A DNA stretch of 64,000 nt from assembly GCA_020438355.1 (NCBI GenBank), contig JAGQUT010000008.1:20683-84682 (forward strand). Direction: 5' to 3'. The DNA comes from Solirubrobacterales bacterium. GTDB taxonomy: Bacteria; Actinomycetota; Thermoleophilia; Solirubrobacterales; 70-9. The notes beneath the pieces are model-generated. The model ran no database searches, was not told the DNA's origin, and worked only from the letters and a program-made list of their open reading frames with translations. Position numbers and translations under genes: made by a program. Numbering within the stretch: the first letter of the stretch is position 1; every line of letters starts with the position of its first letter. Shown one piece after another: positions 27,631-36,546 of this stretch.

Positions 27631-28428
27631 TCATCCCAGGGCGAACAGGGCGACGGCTGCGAAGTGAAGGGCAGCGGCGCCGATGACGAAGAGGTGGAAG
27701 ACCTCGTGGTAACCGAAGTGGGTCGGGCTGGGGTTCGGTCGTCCGGTCGCGTAAACGACCGCGCCGATGGTGTAGAGGATGCCGCCGATGGCGATCAGGA
27801 GTCCGGCCCAGGCCCCTGCGGTCCCGACCAGTTCGGGGAATGCGACCGCGGCGATCCATCCGACCGCCACGTACATCACCGCGCTGACCCACTTGGGCGA
27901 GCTGATCCAGAGGAGCTCGACCACGACGCCAACCACTGCCGCGGACCAGACCGCGATCAGGATCGCCGTCCCGAAGGTGCTGGGCATGGTCAGCAGCGCG
28001 AATGGCGTGACCGTCCCGGCGATCAGCAGGAAGATCATTGAATGATCGAGCCGCCGCATCAGCCTGCGGGCCTTCTCGGTCTTCCAGTTGACCCGGTGAT
28101 AAAGGGCGCTGGTTCCGAACAGGGCGCAGAGCGAGATCGCGTAGATGCCGACCGCCACATACTCGGTCGGCGTGTCGGCCAGAACGAGCAGTGCGATTCC
28201 GAGGCCGAGAGAAAGGAAGAACGCCCACTCGTGCGAGACCCCGCGGAACTTGGGCTTGATCGCCTTCAGGGATTCAGAGGCCGACTCCTTGACCGCCACC
28301 GCCTTGCCGACTGCGGCATCCCTGGCTGCCCCGGCTTTTTCAACTGCCGCGTCGCGGGCCACGCCGGCTTTCTCGACGGCACTGTCCCTGGCGATGGCCG
28401 CACGGCTAATTGCCGAGTCCTTGGGCAT
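27631..28428 (-). CDS. hemolysin III/PAQR-family membrane protein with an N-terminal 11-mer repeat extension
   Basis: SALYH, DHSMIFLLIAGTVTP and HLFVIGAA motifs with 7 TM segments. ATG 28428 is preferred; the ORF-track start at 28545 is TTG. The start remains uncertain. Confidence 0.8.
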   Translation of the reverse strand: MPKDSAISRAAIARDSAVEKAGVARDAAVEKAGAARDAAVGKAVAVKESASESLKAIKPKFRGVSHEWAFFLSLGLGIALLVLADTPTEYVAVGIYAISLCALFGTSALYHRVNWKTEKARRLMRRLDHSMIFLLIAGTVTPFALLTMPSTFGTAILIAVWSAAVVGVVVELLWISSPKWVSAVMYVAVGWIAAVAFPELVGTAGAWAGLLIAIGGILYTIGAVVYATGRPNPSPTHFGYHEVFHLFVIGAAALHFAAVALFALG

Positions 28429-28570
28429 GGGTCCGAAAGTGTCTGCTCCGGGGTTGTTCTGGTTGGGGTCGCTCACTGCCTTCAATCGTACCGGTCGGGC
28501 CAAACCGCTTGCTCTGGCCGATCGCGTGGTGTGTCGATCCCGCAAATCGCGGAATGAACATAATTCGCAA

Positions 28571-28586
28571 ACGCTATATATAGCGT
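28571..28586 (+). promoter_or_regulatory. NrdR box 1 (perfect 16-bp palindrome)
   Basis: ACGCTATATATAGCGT fits the NrdR-box consensus class (acaCwAtATaTwGtgt-like). It lies 43 nt upstream of the nrdR start. Confidence 0.7.
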
Positions 28587-28602
28587 GGCAAAAAGGTATC
28601 CG

Positions 28603-28618
28603 ACCCTAGTCCTAGTAT
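28603..28618 (+). promoter_or_regulatory. NrdR box 2 (degenerate)
   Basis: ACCCTAGTCCTAGTAT. Its centre is 32 bp from box 1 (three helical turns) and it overlaps the -10 hexamer. Confidence 0.45.
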
Positions 28619-28621
28619 AAT
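28616..28621 (+). promoter_or_regulatory. -10 hexamer TATAAT for nrdR-nrdJ
   Basis: Consensus TATAAT ends 7 nt before the GTG start of nrdR (28629), implying a leaderless or near-leaderless mRNA. Confidence 0.5.
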
Positions 28622-28628
28622 TTGCCAT

Positions 28629-29087
28629 GTGCGTTGCCCGCGATGCGGACATCAAGGTAGTCGTGTCCTCGAAAGTCGAAGTTCCGAGGAGGGGAGCGCT
28701 GTGCGCCGAAGGCGGCAGTGCTCCAACTGCGAAAACCGCTTCACCACATATGAGCGGTATGAGGCACAGGCCCTGTTCGTCATCAAGCGGGATGGCGGGC
28801 GCCAGCCCTTCGATCGCGCCAAGCTGCGCGGAGGGCTGGAGCGCGCCTCGCACAAACGTCCGGTTCGCCCCGAGGCCATCGATGCCCTGGTCGACCGGAT
28901 CGAGAAGAAAGCCATCCGGGATGGCGGTGAAATCGAGGCGGCCCGCATCGGAGACATGTGTCTCGCGGGCCTCAAGCGGATCGACCAGGTCGCGTACCTG
29001 CAGTTCGCAGCCGTTTACCGCCAGCTCGGGGTCGAAGACGTCCAGGCCGAACTCGACCAGCTGAGCACGCCTTTCAGCCGAAACTGA
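28629..29087 (+). CDS. nrdR: transcriptional repressor NrdR
   Basis: (M)RCPRCGH...CSNCENRFTTYE zinc ribbon followed by an ATP-cone. Confidence 0.95.
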   Translation: MRCPRCGHQGSRVLESRSSEEGSAVRRRRQCSNCENRFTTYERYEAQALFVIKRDGGRQPFDRAKLRGGLERASHKRPVRPEAIDALVDRIEKKAIRDGGEIEAARIGDMCLAGLKRIDQVAYLQFAAVYRQLGVEDVQAELDQLSTPFSRN

Positions 29088-29217
29088 ACTTCGAAGCACC
29101 GCAGTACCGCAGGAACACAGCACCACCAGTCACCAGAGTCACCCAGTCAAAGAGATTCACGAATCACGAGCCGTCAAGCAGAGCCAGTCGTCAAGCAGTA
29201 GAGGAGAGAGCCAGAGC

Positions 29218-32067
29218 ATGTCCCAGTCAGTATCCGAGTCACCCCGCGTAAACCCGAAGGGCGTAGTCGTCGAACGCCGCCTCACCCGGGAGGGCGTACA
29301 CCCATTCGATGAGGTCGAGTGGGAAATCCGTGATGCCGTCATCGGCAACCCGGAGAAGCCCGCCTTCGAGCAGCGAGGCGTCGAGTTCCCGAAGAGCTGG
29401 TCACAGAACGCGACCAACATCGTCGCCCAGAAGTACTTCCGGGGCCAGCTCGGCTCACCTGAACGCGAGAACTCGGTCAAGCAGATGATCGGGCGCGTGT
29501 CCGGCACCATCGCCGAGTGGGGTCGCGAGGGTGGCTACTTTGCCTCCGACGAGGATGCCGACATCTTCGAAGCCGAACTGACCGCGACGCTCCTTCACCA
29601 GGAAGTCGCCTTCAACTCTCCCGTCTGGTTCAACGTCGGGTTCGAAGAGACCCCGCAGTGCTCGGCCTGTTTCATTCTCTCGGTCGAGGACACGATGGAG
29701 TCGATCCTCGACTGGAACACCAAGGAAGGCAAGATCTTCCGGGGCGGTTCCGGCTCCGGCATCAACCTCTCGAACATCCGCGGTTCGATGGAGGCCCTGA
29801 AGAAGGGTGGCACCGCCTCCGGTCCCGTTTCCTTCATGCGTGGCGCCGACTCCTGGGCCGGCACCATCAAGTCCGGTGGCAAGACCCGTCGGGCGGCGAA
29901 GATGGTTGTCCTCGACGTCGACCATCCGGACGTCGAGCACTTCATCACCTGCAAGGCGGACGAGGAGAAGAAGGCGGGCGCACTGCGTGATGCCGGCTTC
30001 GACATGTCGATCGACGGTGACGGCTTCACCTCGATCCAGTACCAGAACGCGAACAACTCCGTCCGCGTCTCGGACGAGTTCATGCAGGCAGTCGCCGATG
30101 ATGCCGAGTGGAACCTGTTGGCCCGCACCGACGGCTCGGTCACCAAGACCCTTTCGGCCCGCGAGCTGATGAACAAGATCGCCGACGCCGCCTGGCAGTG
30201 CGCCGATCCGGGTGTCCAGTACGACACGATCATCAACAAGTGGCACACCTGCCCGAACTCGGGCCGGATCAACGCCTCCAACCCTTGCTCCGAGTACATG
30301 CATGTCGATGACTCGGCCTGCAACCTGGCCTCGATCAACCTGATGAAGTTCCGTCGGGAAGACGGCAGCTTCGACGTCGACGGTTTCTGCGCCGTGGTCG
30401 ACACCGTGTTCCTGGCCCAGGAAATCATCGTCGGACCGTCGAGCTACCCGACCGAGGAAATCGGCAAGAACGCCCGCGCCTTCCGCCAGCTCGGCCTCGG
30501 TTACGCCAACCTCGGCGCACTGCTGATGTCGGACGGCATGCCCTATGACTCGGACGAGGGCCGGAACGTCGCCGCCGCGATCACCGCCCTGATGACCGGG
30601 CGCGCCTACCGCCGCTCGGCCGAGATCGCCGCTGCGATGGGCCCGTATGACGCCTACGAGCTGAACCGGGAGCCGCACAACAATGTGATGCGGATGCATC
30701 GCGATGCCTCCTACGAGATCGACGGCGAGGGCGTGGGCGAAGAGCTCCTGAACGCCGCCCGCGAAGAGTGGGAAGTGGCGGTCGCCACCGGTGAGGAGTA
30801 CGGCTACAGGAACGCCCAGGCGACGGTTCTGGCCCCGACCGGCACGATCAGCTTCCTGATGGACTGCGACACGACCGGCATCGAGCCGGACTTCTCGCTG
30901 GTCAAATTCAAGGAGCTGGTCGGCGGCGGCAACATGACGATCGTCAACAAGTCGGTGCCGCTGGCGCTGAACACGCTCGGCTACTCGGAATCCGAGATCG
31001 ATCAGATCGAGGCCTACATCAACGAGCACGGCACGATCATCGGTGCCCCCGGCCTGAAGGACGAGCATCTGCCGGTCTTCGACGTCGCGGTCGGTGAGCG
31101 GGCGATCTCGCACACCGGTCACATCGACATGATGGCGGCCACGCAGCCGTTCCTTTCCGGTGCGATCTCGAAGACGGTCAACATGCCGAACTCGGCCACG
31201 GTCGAGGACATCGAGGAGGCCTACATCCGCGGTTGGGAAGGCGGCCTCAAGGCGCTGGCGATCTACCGCGACGGATCAAAGACCGCCCAGGCCCTCCGGA
31301 CGGACGCCCAGAAGGACAAGGAGAAGGAAGCCGAAGCGGCAGTCGAGGCCGGGCCGGTCCGTCACCGAATGCCGAAGACCCGGGATTCGGTAACCCACAA
31401 GTTCTCGGTCGGCGGCCACGAGGGTTACATCACGGCCGGCAAGTACACCGATGGTTCGGTCGGCGAGATCTTCCTGACCGACATCGGCAAGGAAGGCTCG
31501 ACCATGCGGGGCATGATGAATGCCTTCGCCACGGCGATCTCACTCGGTCTCCAGTACGGGGTGCCGCTCGAAGTGTTCGTCAACAAGTTCAGCTACATGC
31601 GGTTCGACCCGGAAGGGATCACCGGCAACCCGGACATCCCGTTCGCCAAGTCGATGCCGGACTACATCATGCGCTGGCTTGCCTCCCAGTTCATCAACGA
31701 TCCCGACTTCCTCGAGGAGCAGGGGATCATGACCCAGGAGGTCCGCAACCGCAAGGAAGCGGAAAACGCGGGGATCAACCTCGCCAACGGAAGCGGGAAC
31801 GGACAGCAGGGCAACGGCGGGAATGGCAACGGCAACGGTGGTTCAGCCCCCGCGGCCGAAGCCGCGCCGGTGGCTGACACCGGCGGATCAGCGGCACCGG
31901 CCGGCTCGGCGCTGACCGATGACGTTCCGGTGGTCCCGGCCAAGCTCCATTTCACCCCTGGAGCGGCCGAGCTCGGACCGGCCTGCGACCAGTGCGGAGG
32001 CATGATGCAGCGGACAGGGGCTTGCTACACCTGCAGCAGCTGCGGAAACAACACCGGCTGCGGCTGA
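29218..32067 (+). CDS. nrdJ: class II (adenosylcobalamin-dependent) ribonucleotide reductase
   Basis: Core motifs such as NPCSEY and TISFLMDCDTTGIEPDF, an N/G-rich linker NGSGNGQQGNGGNGNGNGG, and the C-terminal Cys-rich finger CDQCGG...CYTCSSCG. Confidence 0.95.
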   Translation: MSQSVSESPRVNPKGVVVERRLTREGVHPFDEVEWEIRDAVIGNPEKPAFEQRGVEFPKSWSQNATNIVAQKYFRGQLGSPERENSVKQMIGRVSGTIAEWGREGGYFASDEDADIFEAELTATLLHQEVAFNSPVWFNVGFEETPQCSACFILSVEDTMESILDWNTKEGKIFRGGSGSGINLSNIRGSMEALKKGGTASGPVSFMRGADSWAGTIKSGGKTRRAAKMVVLDVDHPDVEHFITCKADEEKKAGALRDAGFDMSIDGDGFTSIQYQNANNSVRVSDEFMQAVADDAEWNLLARTDGSVTKTLSARELMNKIADAAWQCADPGVQYDTIINKWHTCPNSGRINASNPCSEYMHVDDSACNLASINLMKFRREDGSFDVDGFCAVVDTVFLAQEIIVGPSSYPTEEIGKNARAFRQLGLGYANLGALLMSDGMPYDSDEGRNVAAAITALMTGRAYRRSAEIAAAMGPYDAYELNREPHNNVMRMHRDASYEIDGEGVGEELLNAAREEWEVAVATGEEYGYRNAQATVLAPTGTISFLMDCDTTGIEPDFSLVKFKELVGGGNMTIVNKSVPLALNTLGYSESEIDQIEAYINEHGTIIGAPGLKDEHLPVFDVAVGERAISHTGHIDMMAATQPFLSGAISKTVNMPNSATVEDIEEAYIRGWEGGLKALAIYRDGSKTAQALRTDAQKDKEKEAEAAVEAGPVRHRMPKTRDSVTHKFSVGGHEGYITAGKYTDGSVGEIFLTDIGKEGSTMRGMMNAFATAISLGLQYGVPLEVFVNKFSYMRFDPEGITGNPDIPFAKSMPDYIMRWLASQFINDPDFLEEQGIMTQEVRNRKEAENAGINLANGSGNGQQGNGGNGNGNGGSAPAAEAAPVADTGGSAAPAGSALTDDVPVVPAKLHFTPGAAELGPACDQCGGMMQRTGACYTCSSCGNNTGCG

Positions 32068-32095
32068 GGCCGGTTATTCATATGGATTGAAGAGA

Positions 32096-32124
32096 GCCCC
32101 GGAGAGATCCGGGGCTTTCTTGTT
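32096..32124 (+). terminator. intrinsic terminator of nrdJ
   Basis: gccccgga (32096-32103), loop gaga, tccggggc (32108-32115), followed by tttcttgtt. Confidence 0.8.
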
Positions 32125-32250
32125 GATGGGCGTTTTTTCACTTGTTGGCAGGTATCCGTAGATAACACGCAGATTCAAACTGCGGTGGTTCTTGCTGCTA
32201 CGGTTGGTTGACTCCAGGCCCGATGGGGGAAGTGCGGCCGGAGGTATCTG

Positions 32251-34230
32251 ATGAAACCGACCAGGCAACTGAGCCCAAGCGCTCGCATTGGCGTAGGGGC
32301 GGGATTCGCCCTCATGACCGGCTTACTGCTGGCCTATGCCGTAATGCTCACGACCGGATCCGAGGCATGGACCGCGCAGGACGTTGGCTACTTCGGATCC
32401 ATGGTCACCGCGACGGCACTCTGCGCCTGGCGGGCGATCCAGATCCCGTTCCAGAGAACAGCCTGGATCCTCTTTACGGGGGTCGCACTCGGCAATCTCG
32501 TCGGGGATCTAATTGACTACTACCTGCCTTCCGGATTCGAACTCGTCGCCGATGCGGTCTGGCTGTCAACCTACGTCCTGATGCTTGGAGGGCTCGTCGC
32601 CCTGCTGGCACCCGTCGTCAAGGTCCAGCGCGGAATGCTCCTGCTGGACTGGCTTATCGCGACCCTGACGATCTCCGCCGCCGGGGTACTGCTCCTGCTC
32701 CCGGCAATCGTCGACCAGTCATCAGAAACTTCTCTGGATTCGATCATGGCCACGCTCTTCCCGGTTGCCGACATCATCGTGCTGGCTGCCGTCCTGATCG
32801 CTTTGCTTGCCGGCACGGAGCGCCGGGGGCCAGCCATGCTCCTGATCATCGCTGCCAGCGTCGCCTGGCTGGTTAGCGATTCGATTTACAGTTACCAGAC
32901 CGAAAACGGATCCGGGAGCTACTCGGCGGCCCTCGATCTTGGCTGGCCGCTCGCCCTGGCGCTGCTCGCGGCTGCTGCGTGGGCACCCGCCACCGTCTGG
33001 ATGGACCGCATCGCCCTTCGCCGCCGGGCGGGTCTTCTCTCGGGGATCGGCGTTTTCGTCGCACTTGTCGTTCTTCTTCTGCGCGACTACAGGGACGACC
33101 AGCATGAGGCAACCGTGCTCCTGGCCGCGGCCGCTGTGGCAGGTGGCGGTCTGCGTCTGGCCCTGACCCACCGCGAAAACCGTCAACTCCTGGACGCCGC
33201 GAACACCGACCACCTGACCGGCATAGCCAGCCGCGCGAAACTCTCGGCCGATGCCGCCGTACTGGGAGGGCGACAGACCACCGTGATCATGCTCGACCTC
33301 GACGGGTTCAAGTTCTACAACGACAGCTTCGGGCATCCGGCAGGAGATGCCCTTCTTCAGAGGGTTGCTGCCAACCTCGTCTGTGCTGCCGGGCCAGGCG
33401 GTCAGGCCTACCGGATCGGCGGCGACGAGTTCTGCGTGCTTCTTCCGGGTGAAGCAAGCGAGAACAGGGAGGCCATCGAGTCGATAAGGGAGGCCACTCA
33501 CATCTCGGGAGAAGGGTTCGACATCTCGGCTTCGCTCGGGTACGCGGACTACCCGTTCGAGGAAGCTGACGCGCTGCTGGCGTTGGCGATCGCCGACGAG
33601 CGGATGTACATGCAGAAGAACCTGACCCGCACCTCGCCCCGGAGCCAGGTCCACGATGTTCTGGTGCGCTCTCTGCACGAGAGAGAGCCCGCACTCGCCG
33701 AACACACCAGCCGGGTCAGCCAGCTGGCGCTCGCGGTAGCCGAAGAGATCTCGCTCAAGGAGGAAGATCACGAAATCATCGAACGGGCGGCCGAACTCCA
33801 CGATGTCGGCAAGGCGGCAACCCCCGACGCGATTCTGCATAAGCCGGGCCGGCTGGAGCCCGAAGAGTGGGACATGATGAAGCAGCACTCTGTTGTTGGC
33901 GAACGCATCATCTCCACCTCGCCTTCGCTGGCCCCGGTTGCAAAGCTCGTCCGCCATTCACACGAGCACTGGAATGGTGGCGGTTACCCGGACCAGCTCT
34001 CGGGGACCGACATCCCGCTCGGTTCCAGGATCATCCTGGCCTGCGATGCGCTGGAGGTGATGCTGAGTGAACGCCCGTACTCTCCCGCGCTCCCTCTGGA
34101 AGATGCCCTTGAAGAACTGGAGCGCTGTGCCGGCGACCAGTTCGACCCCGACGTGGTGGCGGTTCTGGTGAAGCTGGTGCGAGAAGGGCGAATCGATCCA
34201 ACACCCGTTCAGAAACAATTTTCGTCGTGA
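32251..34230 (+). CDS. multi-pass membrane sensor with GGDEF and HD-GYP domains
   Basis: About 8 N-terminal TM segments, RIGGDEFCVLL, HDVGK and HSHEHWNGGGYP. Confidence 0.9.
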   Translation: MKPTRQLSPSARIGVGAGFALMTGLLLAYAVMLTTGSEAWTAQDVGYFGSMVTATALCAWRAIQIPFQRTAWILFTGVALGNLVGDLIDYYLPSGFELVADAVWLSTYVLMLGGLVALLAPVVKVQRGMLLLDWLIATLTISAAGVLLLLPAIVDQSSETSLDSIMATLFPVADIIVLAAVLIALLAGTERRGPAMLLIIAASVAWLVSDSIYSYQTENGSGSYSAALDLGWPLALALLAAAAWAPATVWMDRIALRRRAGLLSGIGVFVALVVLLLRDYRDDQHEATVLLAAAAVAGGGLRLALTHRENRQLLDAANTDHLTGIASRAKLSADAAVLGGRQTTVIMLDLDGFKFYNDSFGHPAGDALLQRVAANLVCAAGPGGQAYRIGGDEFCVLLPGEASENREAIESIREATHISGEGFDISASLGYADYPFEEADALLALAIADERMYMQKNLTRTSPRSQVHDVLVRSLHEREPALAEHTSRVSQLALAVAEEISLKEEDHEIIERAAELHDVGKAATPDAILHKPGRLEPEEWDMMKQHSVVGERIISTSPSLAPVAKLVRHSHEHWNGGGYPDQLSGTDIPLGSRIILACDALEVMLSERPYSPALPLEDALEELERCAGDQFDPDVVAVLVKLVREGRIDPTPVQKQFSS

Positions 34231-34233
34231 CCC

Positions 34234-34265
34234 TTGACAAATGGTGTGAGTGAGTGCATACTCAC
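34234..34265 (+). promoter_or_regulatory. TetR-gene promoter with embedded inverted repeat
   Basis: TTGACA (34234-34239), 17-nt spacer, CATACT (34257-34262). The inverted repeat GTGAGT-gcat-ACTCAC (34250-34265) overlaps the -10 element. ATG at 34272. Confidence 0.5.
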
Positions 34266-34271
34266 CCATTG

Positions 34272-34901
34272 ATGAGCCCAGCTTCGGCGAAAAAGAAGGC
34301 CCCCTCGGCCGGCGAGAGGTCACTCTCGACCGCGGATGAACGGCGTGAGGAACTCGTCACGGCTTCTATCCCTGTTTTCGCCGAGAAGGGGTACCACGCG
34401 GCGCCCACCGCCGAAATCGCCAGGCGGGCAGGTATTTCGCAGGCATACCTTTTCCGGCTCTTCCCGACCAAGGAAGACCTGTTCGTGGCTGCCGTCGAGC
34501 GCACCTGTGACGTGATGCGCGAAAGCTTCAGCGAGGCCGCAGGCCAGGCAGCCAGGGAAGGGCGTGAGCCCCTTGAGTCGATGGGCGAGGCCTACGCTGA
34601 CCTGGTCGCCGAGCAGGGGGAGATCCTGCTCGTCCAGCTTCATGCGCAGGCGATCTCGCCATCGGTGCCAGCTGTGCGGGACACGATGCGCCGCTGCTTT
34701 GCCACCCTTTTCGCCGTGGCCTCGGAGCATTCGAAAGCAGCCCCCGAGGAGCTCAAGATGTGGATGGCCGGCGGCATGCTGATCAACGTCATGACGGCGA
34801 TCGGTGCCAATCAGGTCAAGGAGCCCTGGGCCGAAACGCTCGCCGACTTCGAAGGCGAGTGCTCCTTCCAGAAGAACGATCCCTCCAGCAGCGCCGGATA
34901 A
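34272..34901 (+). CDS. TetR/AcrR-family transcriptional regulator
   Basis: HTH region [36 protein letters not shown]. Start set at ATG 34272 (MSPASAKKK). Confidence 0.9.
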   Translation: MSPASAKKKAPSAGERSLSTADERREELVTASIPVFAEKGYHAAPTAEIARRAGISQAYLFRLFPTKEDLFVAAVERTCDVMRESFSEAAGQAAREGREPLESMGEAYADLVAEQGEILLVQLHAQAISPSVPAVRDTMRRCFATLFAVASEHSKAAPEELKMWMAGGMLINVMTAIGANQVKEPWAETLADFEGECSFQKNDPSSSAG

Positions 34902-34928
34902 CTACCCGGCCTTTTTTCAGGAGCCAAT

Positions 34929-34985
34929 AGTGAGTAACCAATCACACACTTTTCAGTCCAAGCAAGTGAGTAACCAATCACACAC
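34929..34985 (+). promoter_or_regulatory. two identical 21-bp direct repeats upstream of the efflux gene (putative operators)
   Basis: AGTGAGTAACCAATCACACAC occurs at 34929-34949 and 34965-34985 (36-bp period). GAAGGGAGG SD and ATG 35001 follow. Confidence 0.5.
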
Positions 34986-35000
34986 CGAAGGGAGGCCGGC

Positions 35001-36546
35001 ATGACGGCCAACACAGCAAAAACAGGGGGCCTCGCCGGCAAGGGCGTCGGCTCCTCGAAGAGCGCCATCTGGACGCTCATCATCACCGGGGCGGCTCTTT
35101 TCATGACCTCCCTCGACAACCTTGTCGTGGGAGTCGCGCTGCCCTCGATCCAGGCCGAGTTCGGCGGAACGATCGAGTCGCTCGAGTGGACAGTCAACGC
35201 CTACACGCTCAGCTTTGCGGTCCTGCTGATCACCGGGGCGGCACTCGGTGACCGGTTCGGCCGGCGCCGCATGTTCGCAATCGGAGTCGGCGTGTTCACT
35301 GCGGCCAGCGCAGCGGCGGCAGTGGCTCCGAACCTCGATGCGCTGATCGCCGCCCGGGCGATTCAGGGAGCAGGTGCGGCCATCGTTACGCCCCTCACCC
35401 TCACCCTCGTCTCTGGCGCTTTTCCGCCCGAGAAGCGTGGTGCCGCGCTCGGAATCTGGGGGGGGAATCAGCGGGCTTGGCGTCGCGCTGGGGCCGCTCT
35501 TCGGAGGTGCCATCGTCGAGGGCATCTCCTGGCAATGGATCTTCTGGCTCAACGTTCCGGTTGGTCTGGCTCTGATCCCGCTGGCCCTTCGCCGTCTTCC
35601 GGAATCGACCGGCCCTGACAAGGCTCTCGACCTGCGAGGCCTCGCCCTGATCGGTGCCGGACTGTTCGGAGTCACTTTCGGAATCATCCGCGGGGAATCG
35701 CTCGGCTGGACCAGCTCCACCGTGCTGGTGTCACTGATCACCGGTGTGATCCTGGTCGGCGCCTTCATCGCCTGGGAGCTGCGCACACGGGAGCCGATGC
35801 TGCCTATGCGGTTCTTTCGTGCTCGCGGCTTCAGCGCCACCAACGGACTGTCGTTTGCGATGTTCTTCGGGACATTCGGAGCGATCTTCCTGCTCAGCCA
35901 GTTCTTCCAGGTGGCCCAGGGTCTCGGTCCGCTCGAGGCCGGCATCCGGACACTTCCCTGGACCCTGATGCCGATGTTCGTAGCACCGCTTGCCGGCTAC
36001 CTGAGTGACCGGATCGGAACCCGCCCGCTGATCTTTGCGGGACTGGTGCTGCAGGCAGGCGGGCTGGCCTGGATCACCGCCATATCCAGTCCGACCACTG
36101 CCTTCGGCGATTTCATCGTGCCGTTCATGATGGCCGGCACCGGCATGGCCCTGGTCTTCCCGACAGCGGCCGCGACAGTGGTCGCATCGGTCCGTGAAGC
36201 CGAGACCGGCAAGGCTTCCGGAGCGACGAACGCGATCCGCGAGATCGGCGGCGTGATGGGAGTCGCCGTGCTCTCCTCGATCTTCGCGGCCAACGGTGGT
36301 TTCGGTAGCCCCCAGGCATTCACCGACGGAGTCGTCGCGGCCATGCCGGTTGCGGTGGCCGTGCTCGCGATCGGTGCGGTTCTGGCCCTTCTGATCCCCA
36401 GCCGGGACGAAGTCGAAAACGATGCCGCGAAAACGGACCCTGATGACGTCCGCGGTTCCGGGGATGAACCATTGATGCCGCGGGACCGCCGCCAGGGTCC
36501 GATTGGCAGTCCCGAACCTCAGGTGCTGGCCGCTTCGAAGTCGTAA
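35001..36546 (+). pseudogene. DHA2-type (EmrB/QacA-like) MFS efflux transporter interrupted by a +1 frameshift in a G8 run
   Basis: ORFs 35001..35618 and 35374..36546 are the two halves of one protein. Removing one G from GGGGGGGG (35458-35465) restores ...GIWGGISGLGVALGPLFGGAIVEGISWQWIFWLNVP. Confidence 0.85.
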
